Origin: an uncultured Bacillales bacterium
GTDB taxonomy: Bacteria > Bacillota_I > Bacilli_A > RF39 > UBA660
Length of the DNA stretch: 64,000 bases
Direction of reading: 5' to 3'
Assembly: GCA_946410555.1 (NCBI GenBank)
Contig: CAMKAT010000002.1
Span: forward strand, 45,235-109,234
In this document: positions 40,648-48,994 of the stretch, in pieces
How the letters are laid out: the number at the start of each line of letters is the position of its first letter
Numbering within the stretch: the stretch's first letter is position 1
Notes under the pieces: model-generated
Seen by the model: the letters and a program-made list of their open reading frames with translations, nothing else
Told to the model about the DNA's origin: nothing
Database searches by the model: none
Made by a program: the position numbers and the translations under genes

Positions 40648-42084
40648 TTATTTGAATTCAATTTCATATAGATTATTATCTGAATCAATCATACCATTAT
40701 GAATTTCATCTGATGTGAAATATATATATTCATTTCCATCTTCAAGTTCAATAGTACTAAATGATGTTAATTTAGGAACATCATATTCCTCTTTAACATA
40801 ATCATCTATGTATTTAGAATTATAATAATTACTCTTTAGATAAATGATTTTACTATTATCTTTATCATAAACGCTTACTATGTAATTATCTTCATTATGA
40901 ATTACTAATAATTCATTTTCAGAAGATGTTATTCTTACTTTATCTTCATTAGCATTATTAACTAAATAATAATCGTTATCAATTACTTTGATAGTATAAC
41001 TATTATATCTATCTGCTAAGTCATAAGTATCATAATGATAATCTCTGATTGAATAATTACCTTCGACTACTTTTATTGGATAAACCTTACATTCCATTGA
41101 ACTTGTTGGTATTGTATATTCAATTAAGAAAGTTAAGAAAATACATATAATTATAATAGCTTTATAAAGTGATGTATTTTTCTTCGTTTCATTAATATCT
41201 TTTTCAGTTAATTCTTTTACTTCAGGAAGTAATTTATATGTTTCTGTTTTTCTTAAATTATATTCACCAAGAACAATATATATTACTAATAGTAATACAG
41301 AAATAATAAATAATTGGTTCGATGACTCTCCCCCACCTGTACACGTTTGGTAAGGTGCTATTTCACTCAACATTAAGGAAAAATCATAAAATGCATGTAT
41401 AAATATTACTGACCATATATTTCTTGTTCTATAGAAGACAGTTCCAAGAAGAAATCCTATTCCAAGAGTTTGTATTATTTGAGTAAATGTTTCAAATAAA
41501 GTTTGTCCATAAAATACATTTGTTATGTGCATGCATCCAAAGACAACTGCAGATAAAAGTACAGAAAGTCTAACATGTTTATAATCATATCCATATCTTT
41601 CAATAAACTCTGTTAATAACCATCCTCTACATAGAAGTTCTTCTGCGATACCTATTAATATACAATAAATTAATAATCCACATACATCTATAAAATTATA
41701 ATATAAAGCATTAGTAAAAGATGAACGAAAAGCAAATAATGCAATAATAACTGGCGGTAATGCTAATCCCAAAGATTTCCATATACTTAGTCTCTTTCTT
41801 GATTTGGTGAATATATAACTATTACCAGCAAGTAATAATACTACTAAAATAGTTAATATCCATAATGATTCAAGAATTATTCCTTTACCATATTTTGAAG
41901 TTGTAATGATTGAATAAGCACTTGAGTAAGCTACTTGAGATACAATATCAAAAATAATAAATAATATAACCATTAATATGAAATATAAAAGCATATGTTT
42001 CTTTTTAGCTATTAATTTACCACATTTGGAACAATACTTTTCATCTATATTTACTGCTTCTCCACAGTGATTACAAAATTTCAT
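40648..42084 (-). CDS. CPBP (CAAX/Abi) intramembrane protease with an N-terminal zinc ribbon and a ~150-aa C-terminal extracytoplasmic domain
   Basis: MKFCNHCGEAVNIDEKYCSKCGK; CPBP motifs AEELLCRGW, FGCMH and IHAFYD. Confidence 0.75.
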   Translation of the reverse strand: MKFCNHCGEAVNIDEKYCSKCGKLIAKKKHMLLYFILMVILFIIFDIVSQVAYSSAYSIITTSKYGKGIILESLWILTILVVLLLAGNSYIFTKSRKRLSIWKSLGLALPPVIIALFAFRSSFTNALYYNFIDVCGLLIYCILIGIAEELLCRGWLLTEFIERYGYDYKHVRLSVLLSAVVFGCMHITNVFYGQTLFETFTQIIQTLGIGFLLGTVFYRTRNIWSVIFIHAFYDFSLMLSEIAPYQTCTGGGESSNQLFIISVLLLVIYIVLGEYNLRKTETYKLLPEVKELTEKDINETKKNTSLYKAIIIICIFLTFLIEYTIPTSSMECKVYPIKVVEGNYSIRDYHYDTYDLADRYNSYTIKVIDNDYYLVNNANEDKVRITSSENELLVIHNEDNYIVSVYDKDNSKIIYLKSNYYNSKYIDDYVKEEYDVPKLTSFSTIELEDGNEYIYFTSDEIHNGMIDSDNNLYEIEFK

Positions 42085-42085
42085 T

Positions 42086-42592
42086 TTACCCCTCTAATTC
42101 TAAAACTATTTCTTTTCTATTTGATGCCTCAAACTTTCTATATGTTACCCCACATTCATTAAACATTCTAATTGATGCTTCCATCTCATCAGAATGATTT
42201 CCATGATTATAAGGAAAAGAATAAATAACTTCTTTTATACCAGATTGAATAATTGCTTTTGCACATTCATTACATGGAAAATATCTAACATATATTTTTG
42301 ATCCTTCGAAGTCTTTTTTGTTTCCACGATAATTTAGAATAGCATTTATTTCACTATGACATACATACATGTATTTAGTATTAAGTCTATCTCCTTCCCT
42401 TTCCCATGGAAAGATATCATCATTAAATCCATTTGGAGCCCCATTGTAACCAACAGATAATATTCTATTATCTTCACTTACTATACAGCATCCAACTTGA
42501 GTATTAGGATCTTTACTTCTCATCGCAGATAATTTTGCAATACTAATAAAATATTCATCCCAATTTAAATAATCTTCTCTCTTACTACTCAT
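42086..42592 (-). CDS. comEB: dCMP deaminase (ComEB type)
   Basis: CHSEINAI ... PCNECAK zinc motifs; 168 aa. Confidence 0.88.
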   Translation of the reverse strand: MSSKREDYLNWDEYFISIAKLSAMRSKDPNTQVGCCIVSEDNRILSVGYNGAPNGFNDDIFPWEREGDRLNTKYMYVCHSEINAILNYRGNKKDFEGSKIYVRYFPCNECAKAIIQSGIKEVIYSFPYNHGNHSDEMEASIRMFNECGVTYRKFEASNRKEIVLELEG

Positions 42593-42674
42593 ATTATCAC
42601 CTATCTCAATTTTAACATTTAATTGAATATAAAAATAGATTATGTTAGAATAAACTTAATTCAGGGTGGTCAAG

Positions 42675-43073
42675 ATGTATGGAGATAAAGTAATTGTTGG
42701 TTATTCAATCAGCAATATAGATAATAATAATAAAATGTGTTTACCAAGATATACTTGTTGTGAAGCAGGGGATAAATTATTAATAATACCTGAGGATGAT
42801 AAATTAGTTATTTGTTCTTCGATTGTACTTGAAAACTATATGAATAAAATAAAATATATAAATAATCATAAAGAAGAAAAAGAACTTTTATGTAAATTAA
42901 GAGAATTATGTAAAACAGTTTTATATGAAACTATCGTTGATAATCAAAATAGAATTGATTTATCTGGTCATATTGATTTTTTAGATAAAACTGTAGAAAT
43001 CAAAGGTTCTAAAGATAAAATTATTATTAGTGGTAATTTTACTTACCCTTCACTATACAGAAAAAGAGTTTAA
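42675..43073 (+). CDS. Divergent MraZ-like / SpoVT-AbrB-type two-repeat protein (orphan, not in a dcw cluster)
   Basis: NIDNNNKMCLPRY... and VDNQNRIDLSGHIDFLDKTVEIKGSKDKIIIS mimic the two DxxGR-x-x-P/iP repeats of MraZ. Confidence 0.35.
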   Translation: MYGDKVIVGYSISNIDNNNKMCLPRYTCCEAGDKLLIIPEDDKLVICSSIVLENYMNKIKYINNHKEEKELLCKLRELCKTVLYETIVDNQNRIDLSGHIDFLDKTVEIKGSKDKIIISGNFTYPSLYRKRV

Positions 43074-43140
43074 TAACTCTTTTTTAATTTACAAATTATA
43101 ATTTTTATATTATATTTAATTTAAGGTAGTGTGAGGTATT

Positions 43141-43404
43141 ATGAGAAGCAATAATATAAAAACTGATATCGAAAGAAAAATCGAAAAGAAAATCAAACAT
43201 ATGAATTATGATTTTAATGATTATGGAAGAATGGAAAAAGAAAAAGAACAAAGAAAAGTAAGTAATTCTATTTTCTTTATTCTATTTATGGCACTTGCTC
43301 TATTCTTAGTTATCGCAGGTTTATTTATTCTTCCTTATGGATGGATACTAATTGTTGGTGGTGTATTCGTATTCATTTGGGGCTTATTATTAACATTTAT
43401 GTAA
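43141..43404 (+). CDS. Small membrane protein (87 aa, 2 TM)
   Basis: RBS GTGAGG; C-terminal hydrophobic hairpin; terminator hairpin at about 43409-43440. Confidence 0.5.
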   Translation: MRSNNIKTDIERKIEKKIKHMNYDFNDYGRMEKEKEQRKVSNSIFFILFMALALFLVIAGLFILPYGWILIVGGVFVFIWGLLLTFM

Positions 43405-43535
43405 AATATAAGAAATGGTTTAATCCATTTCTTTTTTTTGTTCTCTTTAATTTTCTCATAGCATTTGCTTCATAAAGAATACCTTCTAATTCATCAAAAT
43501 TATTTTTTTAGAATTACAAAAAAAGTAGACTTAGT

Positions 43536-46295
43536 CTACTTTTTCATAAATCCTCCGAAGAAACTTTTTTTCTTAGGAACTTCCTTGATATTGTTAACAG
43601 ATTTAACATACCATTCCATTATATCTTTAACAGATTTATTTCCATCTACTGCAGCTGGTAAAACATATTCTCTAATGAATGTTCTTCCATCTACTGAATC
43701 TGCTCTTGTTGAATCTTTTAAATAGATTCTAGAATCTAATGGGAATGCTTCTAAGATTTTATTATATTCAAGATAATCTAAGAATGTATATGGACTTCCA
43801 TCTCTTTTTTGAAGGACATTATCATCTTCGTCTTTAATTTGGAAATCAAAGATTTGAGGATCCATAGATACACCATTATATTTATCAATTATTTGTTGTT
43901 TTACTGGATCAACTTGTTTAACTGGTTCATTATTTGCAACAACTGCAACTGCTTCATCTTGAGTTAATTTTGAAGCATTTGGAACTTCAGTTTGTACTGG
44001 TTGAGCTTGAACTGGTTGAGCTTGAGTTTCAGTAATTTTATTTAAATCATTTCCAAGTTCAGATAATTCAATAGTTTTTTCATCTACATTGTTTTCAGCT
44101 TCTTCAATTTCTTTCATAATTGAATCGATAACACTTATTTCATCTTCTTCAGTAGATTGAGTAACTTCTGGAATTATTGGTTCACTTGGTTTTGTTTCTG
44201 GAATAACTTTAAGTATTTGAGTTTTATCAGTATCATCAGGAATAACTACATCCTCATGTGTTTCTTCAACTGGGGCTTGATAAACTTCAGTATCATTACT
44301 TGATTGAACTTCAACTTGACTATCATCTTCGATAGCAATATCAGTTGCTTCTGGAATTTCTACATTTGCTGGAGTTTCTACAACTTCGTCTTTAAATGCA
44401 GGTTCTTCTTTAACTTCTTCAACTGGTGCAGTAGTTTCTACTGGTGTTGGAACTTCATTTAATTCATTAAGATCTGCTGCTTGAACTTCTCCATTTACAT
44501 CATTTGTTGGAGCAATTGATACAGCTTCATCTTCATAAAGTGAAGTTTCTTTATCATTATTATCATATAAAACTGGGTCAGTTGCTAAAGCAGTAACAAC
44601 TTCAGGAGTTTCTGAAACAGGTTCTTCAACTGGAGGTACTACAGGTGTACTTTCTACAGGTGCTGGAGTTTCTACTACTGGAGTATTAACTACAATTGGT
44701 TCAGTTGGAACTTTTGGAGCAACTTGAGTAATATAAGCATCTTCACCAGGAAGACCAATACTTTCTTCTTGAACTGGAACTTCAGTTTCCACTACTGAAG
44801 TTTGTGCTACAGGAGCAACTGCTTGTTCTTGAACTGGAGTTTCAACTACTTGAGTTTCAACTTTTGGAACATCTACTTTAGCTTCTTCAACTTGTGTAGG
44901 TATTTCTTCTGGCATTAAAGCAGGTTCAATATCTTCTTCAATTTTATCAAATACAGGTTCAGGTAATTCATTAAAATTATCCTTTACAATAGGTTCAATT
45001 ACTTGAACACTTGGATCATTAGTTTTTAATGATTCATAATCAGTAGCTTTAACAGCTTCTTCATGGATTTGTTCTAGAGTACCAGCACCAAATGTAATAG
45101 CTGGTTGAATATAATTAGATGAAAGTAATGATTCAATACCATTTGTTTTAATATTACTTACTAATGATTTAGCAGCATCTGCAGCTTTTTCTAAAACATG
45201 TACCTTTTCAGGTTCTTCTAATTCTATTTCATTTTCGTTAACTATTTCATTTTCGTAAACTACTTCTTCATCATCTACTACACCAAATTCAACATTTAAT
45301 TCACTTTGTGCAAGTTCTGATGCGAATATATTTTCTAAATCTAGTGGAATTTTTTCTTCTTTAACTATTTTTTCAAAATTAGATGATAATGTTTCATAGA
45401 ATAAATCGTATTCATTAGATTTTTTAGCAAATACTTCTTTATATACTCTTTTTCTAGCTTCATCTTTATTAGACGCATTCTTAAGATATTCTACAACTGA
45501 AACACCATCAAATGTTTCGTCTGCTCCAAGTTCAATTAATGTATTATCTAATGCTTTAATTAATGTTGAACCAAAAAGATCACTAGTTCTTGTTCCATTA
45601 ATATCAATTAATGAATCATATCCAATTAAGTCTTCAATGTTAGCATTAAACATGTTTGGAGCTTTTATTTTATTTTTATAAACTTTATCTAATCTATTAA
45701 TTGCGTTAATAGTATCTTCTAAATCCATAGTAGGAACATGTAATTTAATTGCTTCAGTTGTTCCACTATTCATATTAACAGTCTTTGGAATTTCAATATC
45801 AAATGGAATATCATATTTTGTTAATTGATTATATAAAGATCTTGTAATACTGATAATATCACTAGACTCTACATTTAATGTAAGTATATGAACTGATTCA
45901 TCTTTTTGTGGATTATTTAAGATATCTCCACTTTTTAAAGATAGTGAATCAGGTCTAGAGTATAATGATTTTCTTAGGATAGCTGATATTTCTCTACTTT
46001 TTTGCTTTCTATCTTCATGATTTAATCCGGCAAATTGTAAAAAGGCATTTTTGCTATTTAAGTAATCAGTTTTTAATACTTTGTTAAGAAAATATACTAC
46101 TTCATCTTGATAGAAACCTTTTTTGTTATCTTCGTTGTATAAATCTATTTCTCTAAGCTTGTTTCCGTTGTTTGTATCTATAATTGAAAAATCACTGTTT
46201 TCATATTTAGACATGATTTTATCAACTAGTTTTTTAGAAACATCGACTTTAAGATTTCTTCTGAAGTTATCAATACTTATTGCCATATCAATCAT
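43536..46295 (-). CDS. Large acidic protein with a central P/V/E/T-rich disordered region, unknown function
   Basis: 919-aa ORF. It contains a 15-bp tandem duplication (ACTGGTTGAGCTTGA x2 near 43990-44025, encoding QAQPVQAQPV) and PVETP-type low complexity. The start may be ATG 46286. Confidence 0.5.
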   Translation of the reverse strand: MIDMAISIDNFRRNLKVDVSKKLVDKIMSKYENSDFSIIDTNNGNKLREIDLYNEDNKKGFYQDEVVYFLNKVLKTDYLNSKNAFLQFAGLNHEDRKQKSREISAILRKSLYSRPDSLSLKSGDILNNPQKDESVHILTLNVESSDIISITRSLYNQLTKYDIPFDIEIPKTVNMNSGTTEAIKLHVPTMDLEDTINAINRLDKVYKNKIKAPNMFNANIEDLIGYDSLIDINGTRTSDLFGSTLIKALDNTLIELGADETFDGVSVVEYLKNASNKDEARKRVYKEVFAKKSNEYDLFYETLSSNFEKIVKEEKIPLDLENIFASELAQSELNVEFGVVDDEEVVYENEIVNENEIELEEPEKVHVLEKAADAAKSLVSNIKTNGIESLLSSNYIQPAITFGAGTLEQIHEEAVKATDYESLKTNDPSVQVIEPIVKDNFNELPEPVFDKIEEDIEPALMPEEIPTQVEEAKVDVPKVETQVVETPVQEQAVAPVAQTSVVETEVPVQEESIGLPGEDAYITQVAPKVPTEPIVVNTPVVETPAPVESTPVVPPVEEPVSETPEVVTALATDPVLYDNNDKETSLYEDEAVSIAPTNDVNGEVQAADLNELNEVPTPVETTAPVEEVKEEPAFKDEVVETPANVEIPEATDIAIEDDSQVEVQSSNDTEVYQAPVEETHEDVVIPDDTDKTQILKVIPETKPSEPIIPEVTQSTEEDEISVIDSIMKEIEEAENNVDEKTIELSELGNDLNKITETQAQPVQAQPVQTEVPNASKLTQDEAVAVVANNEPVKQVDPVKQQIIDKYNGVSMDPQIFDFQIKDEDDNVLQKRDGSPYTFLDYLEYNKILEAFPLDSRIYLKDSTRADSVDGRTFIREYVLPAAVDGNKSVKDIMEWYVKSVNNIKEVPKKKSFFGGFMKK

Positions 46296-46379
46296 CCCAT
46301 TTTCTATTCACTATTATTAAGTTCATTATATCATGAGAGAGTGTAAATTAAAACACAAAAAAAGCATTAAATTTTAATG

Positions 46380-46607
46380 CTAATTGTATATTTTTTTGTT
46401 TAGGTCTAACCCTAAAAGTTGTAATTTAATGATGATAATTTTTATATCAGCATCCTTAAATCCCATAGTTTTTAATTTTTTTCTATTAAGTATCCACACA
46501 TCTCCAACGGTGTTTAGCCCTTGATCTCTTAACATTTGGCAAATATCAGATGATAGTTCAAGAGTTTTTAAATCATCATGCTCATAAATATTTATATTTT
46601 TAGCCAT
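46380..46607 (-). CDS. Stand-alone RNA polymerase alpha C-terminal-domain-like (helix-hairpin-helix) protein, 75 aa
   Basis: LELSSDICQMLRDQGLNTVGDVWILNRKKLKTMGFKDADIKIIIIKLQLLGLDL parallels the alpha-CTD pattern LeLSvRs.NcL...I.tvgdL......L....N.G.kS..EI...L...GL.L. Confidence 0.45.
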   Translation of the reverse strand: MAKNINIYEHDDLKTLELSSDICQMLRDQGLNTVGDVWILNRKKLKTMGFKDADIKIIIIKLQLLGLDLNKKIYN

Positions 46608-46690
46608 TTTATCCCCTCCAGATTTTACTAGACTACTTATTATATGAATATTATAACATTATTTAAATAAAGTTGTTTCATTTTTTTGTT

Positions 46691-47461
46691 TTAGTTGTCA
46701 CTCTTATTTTTTGAAATCTTTGATTTTTGATAATTATAAATGTAATTTAAAAGGACTCTTTCAGGTAAAAATCTCATAAAGAATTTACCTATTCTTAAGA
46801 TTATACCTGGGATAATAATCATTTTTCCTTTAAACATAGAATCAATAGCATACTTAGCTACATATTCAGGAGTTAAAGGTTTAGTACTAAAAGTTCCTTT
46901 AGCTACTTTATTAAATTCTGTATCTACAGGTCCAGGACATAATGCACTTATTTGTACTTTAGATTTGTTTTGTCTTAATTCTTCGTTAATTGCTTCAGTA
47001 AGTCTTAAAACATAATTCTTTGTTGCATAATAAGTTGAAAGATTAGGTCCTGCAAGGAATCCTGCAGAAGAAGCTACATTAAGAATATATCCTTTATTCT
47101 TCTTTTTCATTCTAATTAAGAATTCTTTTGTTAATATATGAACTGCTTTAATATTAACATCTATCATTTCTAGTTCTCTATTTAAGTCTGTCTTATCAAA
47201 TTCTCCAAATAAACCAAAACCTGCATTATTAATTAATACATCAATAGACTCATCTTGAGTAATTTCTATTAGTTTAAACACATCTTCTGTTTTAGATACA
47301 TCAAGTGTTATTATTTCACTCTGATTCTTTAATTCTTTAGATAGCTCTTTTAGTCTATCTTCTCTCCTAGCAACAAGGATAGTGTTATATCCTAAGGAAT
47401 CTAAATACTTTGTTATTTCTCTTCCGATTCCCGAAGAAGCTCCAGTTATAAGTGCTTTCAT
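46691..47461 (-). CDS. Short-chain dehydrogenase/reductase (SDR) family oxidoreductase
   Basis: TGASSGIG, NNAG, and S...YYATK catalytic motif. TAATG overlap with the upstream 4-TM gene. Confidence 0.88.
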   Translation of the reverse strand: MKALITGASSGIGREITKYLDSLGYNTILVARREDRLKELSKELKNQSEIITLDVSKTEDVFKLIEITQDESIDVLINNAGFGLFGEFDKTDLNRELEMIDVNIKAVHILTKEFLIRMKKKNKGYILNVASSAGFLAGPNLSTYYATKNYVLRLTEAINEELRQNKSKVQISALCPGPVDTEFNKVAKGTFSTKPLTPEYVAKYAIDSMFKGKMIIIPGIILRIGKFFMRFLPERVLLNYIYNYQKSKISKNKSDN

Positions 47462-47982
47462 TATTTACCTCTTTTAAATATACTAAATATCTTAGCAATT
47501 CTTATTATTATATTATTTGCATTATTAACTGCGATTGGTTTAAATATAGCTTTTCCACCGACAGTAAATGATGAAATAATAGCTGCAATTACAATGCTTA
47601 CTAAAGTCTGACTAAATCCAAAAGTACTAGAAATAGATATTGCAAGTACTGCACCAATCGAACCAGATATAATACCTGAAACATCACCCACTACATCATT
47701 ACAAACAGATGAAATCTTAGATCCATTTTTAACAATAAATAAGCCAATTGGTCCTTCTTTTTTCTTCTTTGAATTAAGTGCATGGAATGTAGCTTCATCT
47801 CCAGAGATTGCAGAAGTTCCAATCATATCAAAAAGAATCCCTAATATGATTACACATATAAGAAGAATCCCTAATACAACATTATTTGCTTTCATGGTAA
47901 TTACATTAGATAAAGTACTAAATACTACTGATAAAACAAATGTAATTAAAAATATAGTTAATATCCAATTATCTTTTTTCAT
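47461..47982 (-). CDS. Small 4-TM membrane protein with lysine-rich loop and tail (DUF21/CNNM-TM-like by eye; candidate partner of the upstream ncRNA)
   Basis: Start at ATG 47982 behind AGGTGAGAG (MKKDNWIL...); 174 aa. Four hydrophobic helices, loop HALNSKKKKEG and tail IFKRGK. Confidence 0.55.
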   Translation of the reverse strand: MKKDNWILTIFLITFVLSVVFSTLSNVITMKANNVVLGILLICVIILGILFDMIGTSAISGDEATFHALNSKKKKEGPIGLFIVKNGSKISSVCNDVVGDVSGIISGSIGAVLAISISSTFGFSQTLVSIVIAAIISSFTVGGKAIFKPIAVNNANNIIIRIAKIFSIFKRGK

Positions 47983-48019
47983 ACTCTCACCTAGAATAAT
48001 TATACCAAATTTATTGCAT

Positions 48020-48055
48020 AAAAAAACTTTAATTCGTCTTTCCCCGTAATTAAAG
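48020..48055 (-). terminator. Intrinsic terminator ending the large ncRNA candidate
   Basis: Minus strand CTTTAATTaCG-GGGAAAGA-CGAATTAAAG followed by TTTTTTT. Confidence 0.7.
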
Positions 48056-48526
48056 TTCATTTGTATGGAATACCACAAATCAATTTTACGGCTTAGGTCG
48101 AGGTGAATTTCTCTTTCTAAAGCTTGAGATTACTCTCAAGTGCTTTCGCCTTGGTCTAGAAAACTACCTGTTACCAAATGTAGTTCCTCGATTACCACTT
48201 AGTCCGTACCTTAATACCCATGGTATCTACACGCTAGAGGTTTTCCCTAACAAAAGTGACTATTCTTATATGCTTTTGCATCAATGATTTCAATTTCTAT
48301 CCCTCATTAACACTCACATCATGTACGTTATTATATTACTTTTATTATTAAGTGACGCATCAGAAGGAATCACCTAAATGCCGTTTTAGACTATCCTTAA
48401 GATTTAAATTACTCACACACCCGAACTTGGGCAGAACAAGCATGTGTGTAAAGTGTCATTCGACAATTGATGGATTTTTAGCCCCACCTTCAAATAGTAT
48501 AATGACTAGCATAATGCTCCACACAT
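48020..48526 (-). ncRNA. Large (~0.5 kb) structured ncRNA candidate, class unassigned (OLE-like context)
   Basis: ORF-free and GC-enriched (23/60 and 27/60 G+C in two lines I counted). It has its own promoter and terminator. Nested helices 48520-48527/48441-48448 and 48501-48506/48455-48460, and a GUAA-capped helix at 48123-48140. The G-U pairs work only on the minus strand. Confidence 0.6.
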
Positions 48527-48532
48527 GACTAA

Positions 48533-48561
48533 AGTATAGCATATTTTAGTCAAAATATCAA
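48533..48561 (-). promoter_or_regulatory. Candidate sigma-A promoter of the large ncRNA
   Basis: TTGATA - 17 nt - TATACT on the minus strand, directly after the terminator hairpin of the upstream gene. Confidence 0.5.
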
Positions 48562-48596
48562 ATCGCACAAAAAATAAGAAAGTAATAAATACTTTC

Positions 48597-48986
48597 TTAT
48601 CTAAAGTTTCTAATTATCGAAGGAAGTTCAAATAATAGTATTAAAACTATAATAATTATAGCTATTACTAATATTTTAGTAACTTGCTTCTTTCTTTCTT
48701 CAGGGGTTTGAAAGCCTAACGTTTGATTTGTTTTGTTAAACTTCTCTTCATCAAAAGTTTTGTTCATTTCTTGCATAATATCTTTTGCATTTGTATTTTG
48801 AACAGGAATCTCTTGAGTTTTAGTATCAACACTCTTCTCTTCGATTGAATCATCTTTAAATTGAGCTTGAGATTTATTATCTTCTTCTAACTTTTTTAAA
48901 GCGTCTTCATCAGAGATAGCAATTGGTTTAACTGTTGTTGATAAATCAACCGTTATTCTTGTTACCTTATTATTCTCGTTACTCAT
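48597..48986 (-). CDS. Tail-anchored small protein (129 aa; acidic N-terminus, C-terminal TM)
   Basis: ORF 8 nt downstream of the pyrophosphatase gene, with a hairpin terminator overlapping its stop. Confidence 0.5.
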   Translation of the reverse strand: MSNENNKVTRITVDLSTTVKPIAISDEDALKKLEEDNKSQAQFKDDSIEEKSVDTKTQEIPVQNTNAKDIMQEMNKTFDEEKFNKTNQTLGFQTPEERKKQVTKILVIAIIIIVLILLFELPSIIRNFR

Positions 48987-48994
48987 AGTTGCTC

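Noticed and set aside
48020-48526. tmRNA, SRP RNA, 6S RNA or riboswitch identity for the large structured region
   Set aside because: There is no GGGG...CCACCA acceptor pairing or T-arm, and no plausible ..LAA-stop tag frame. The SRP domain IV motif is absent. The region is too long for 6S or a riboswitch. A complete terminator plus a downstream promoter-like TGGTATAAT separates it from the next gene.
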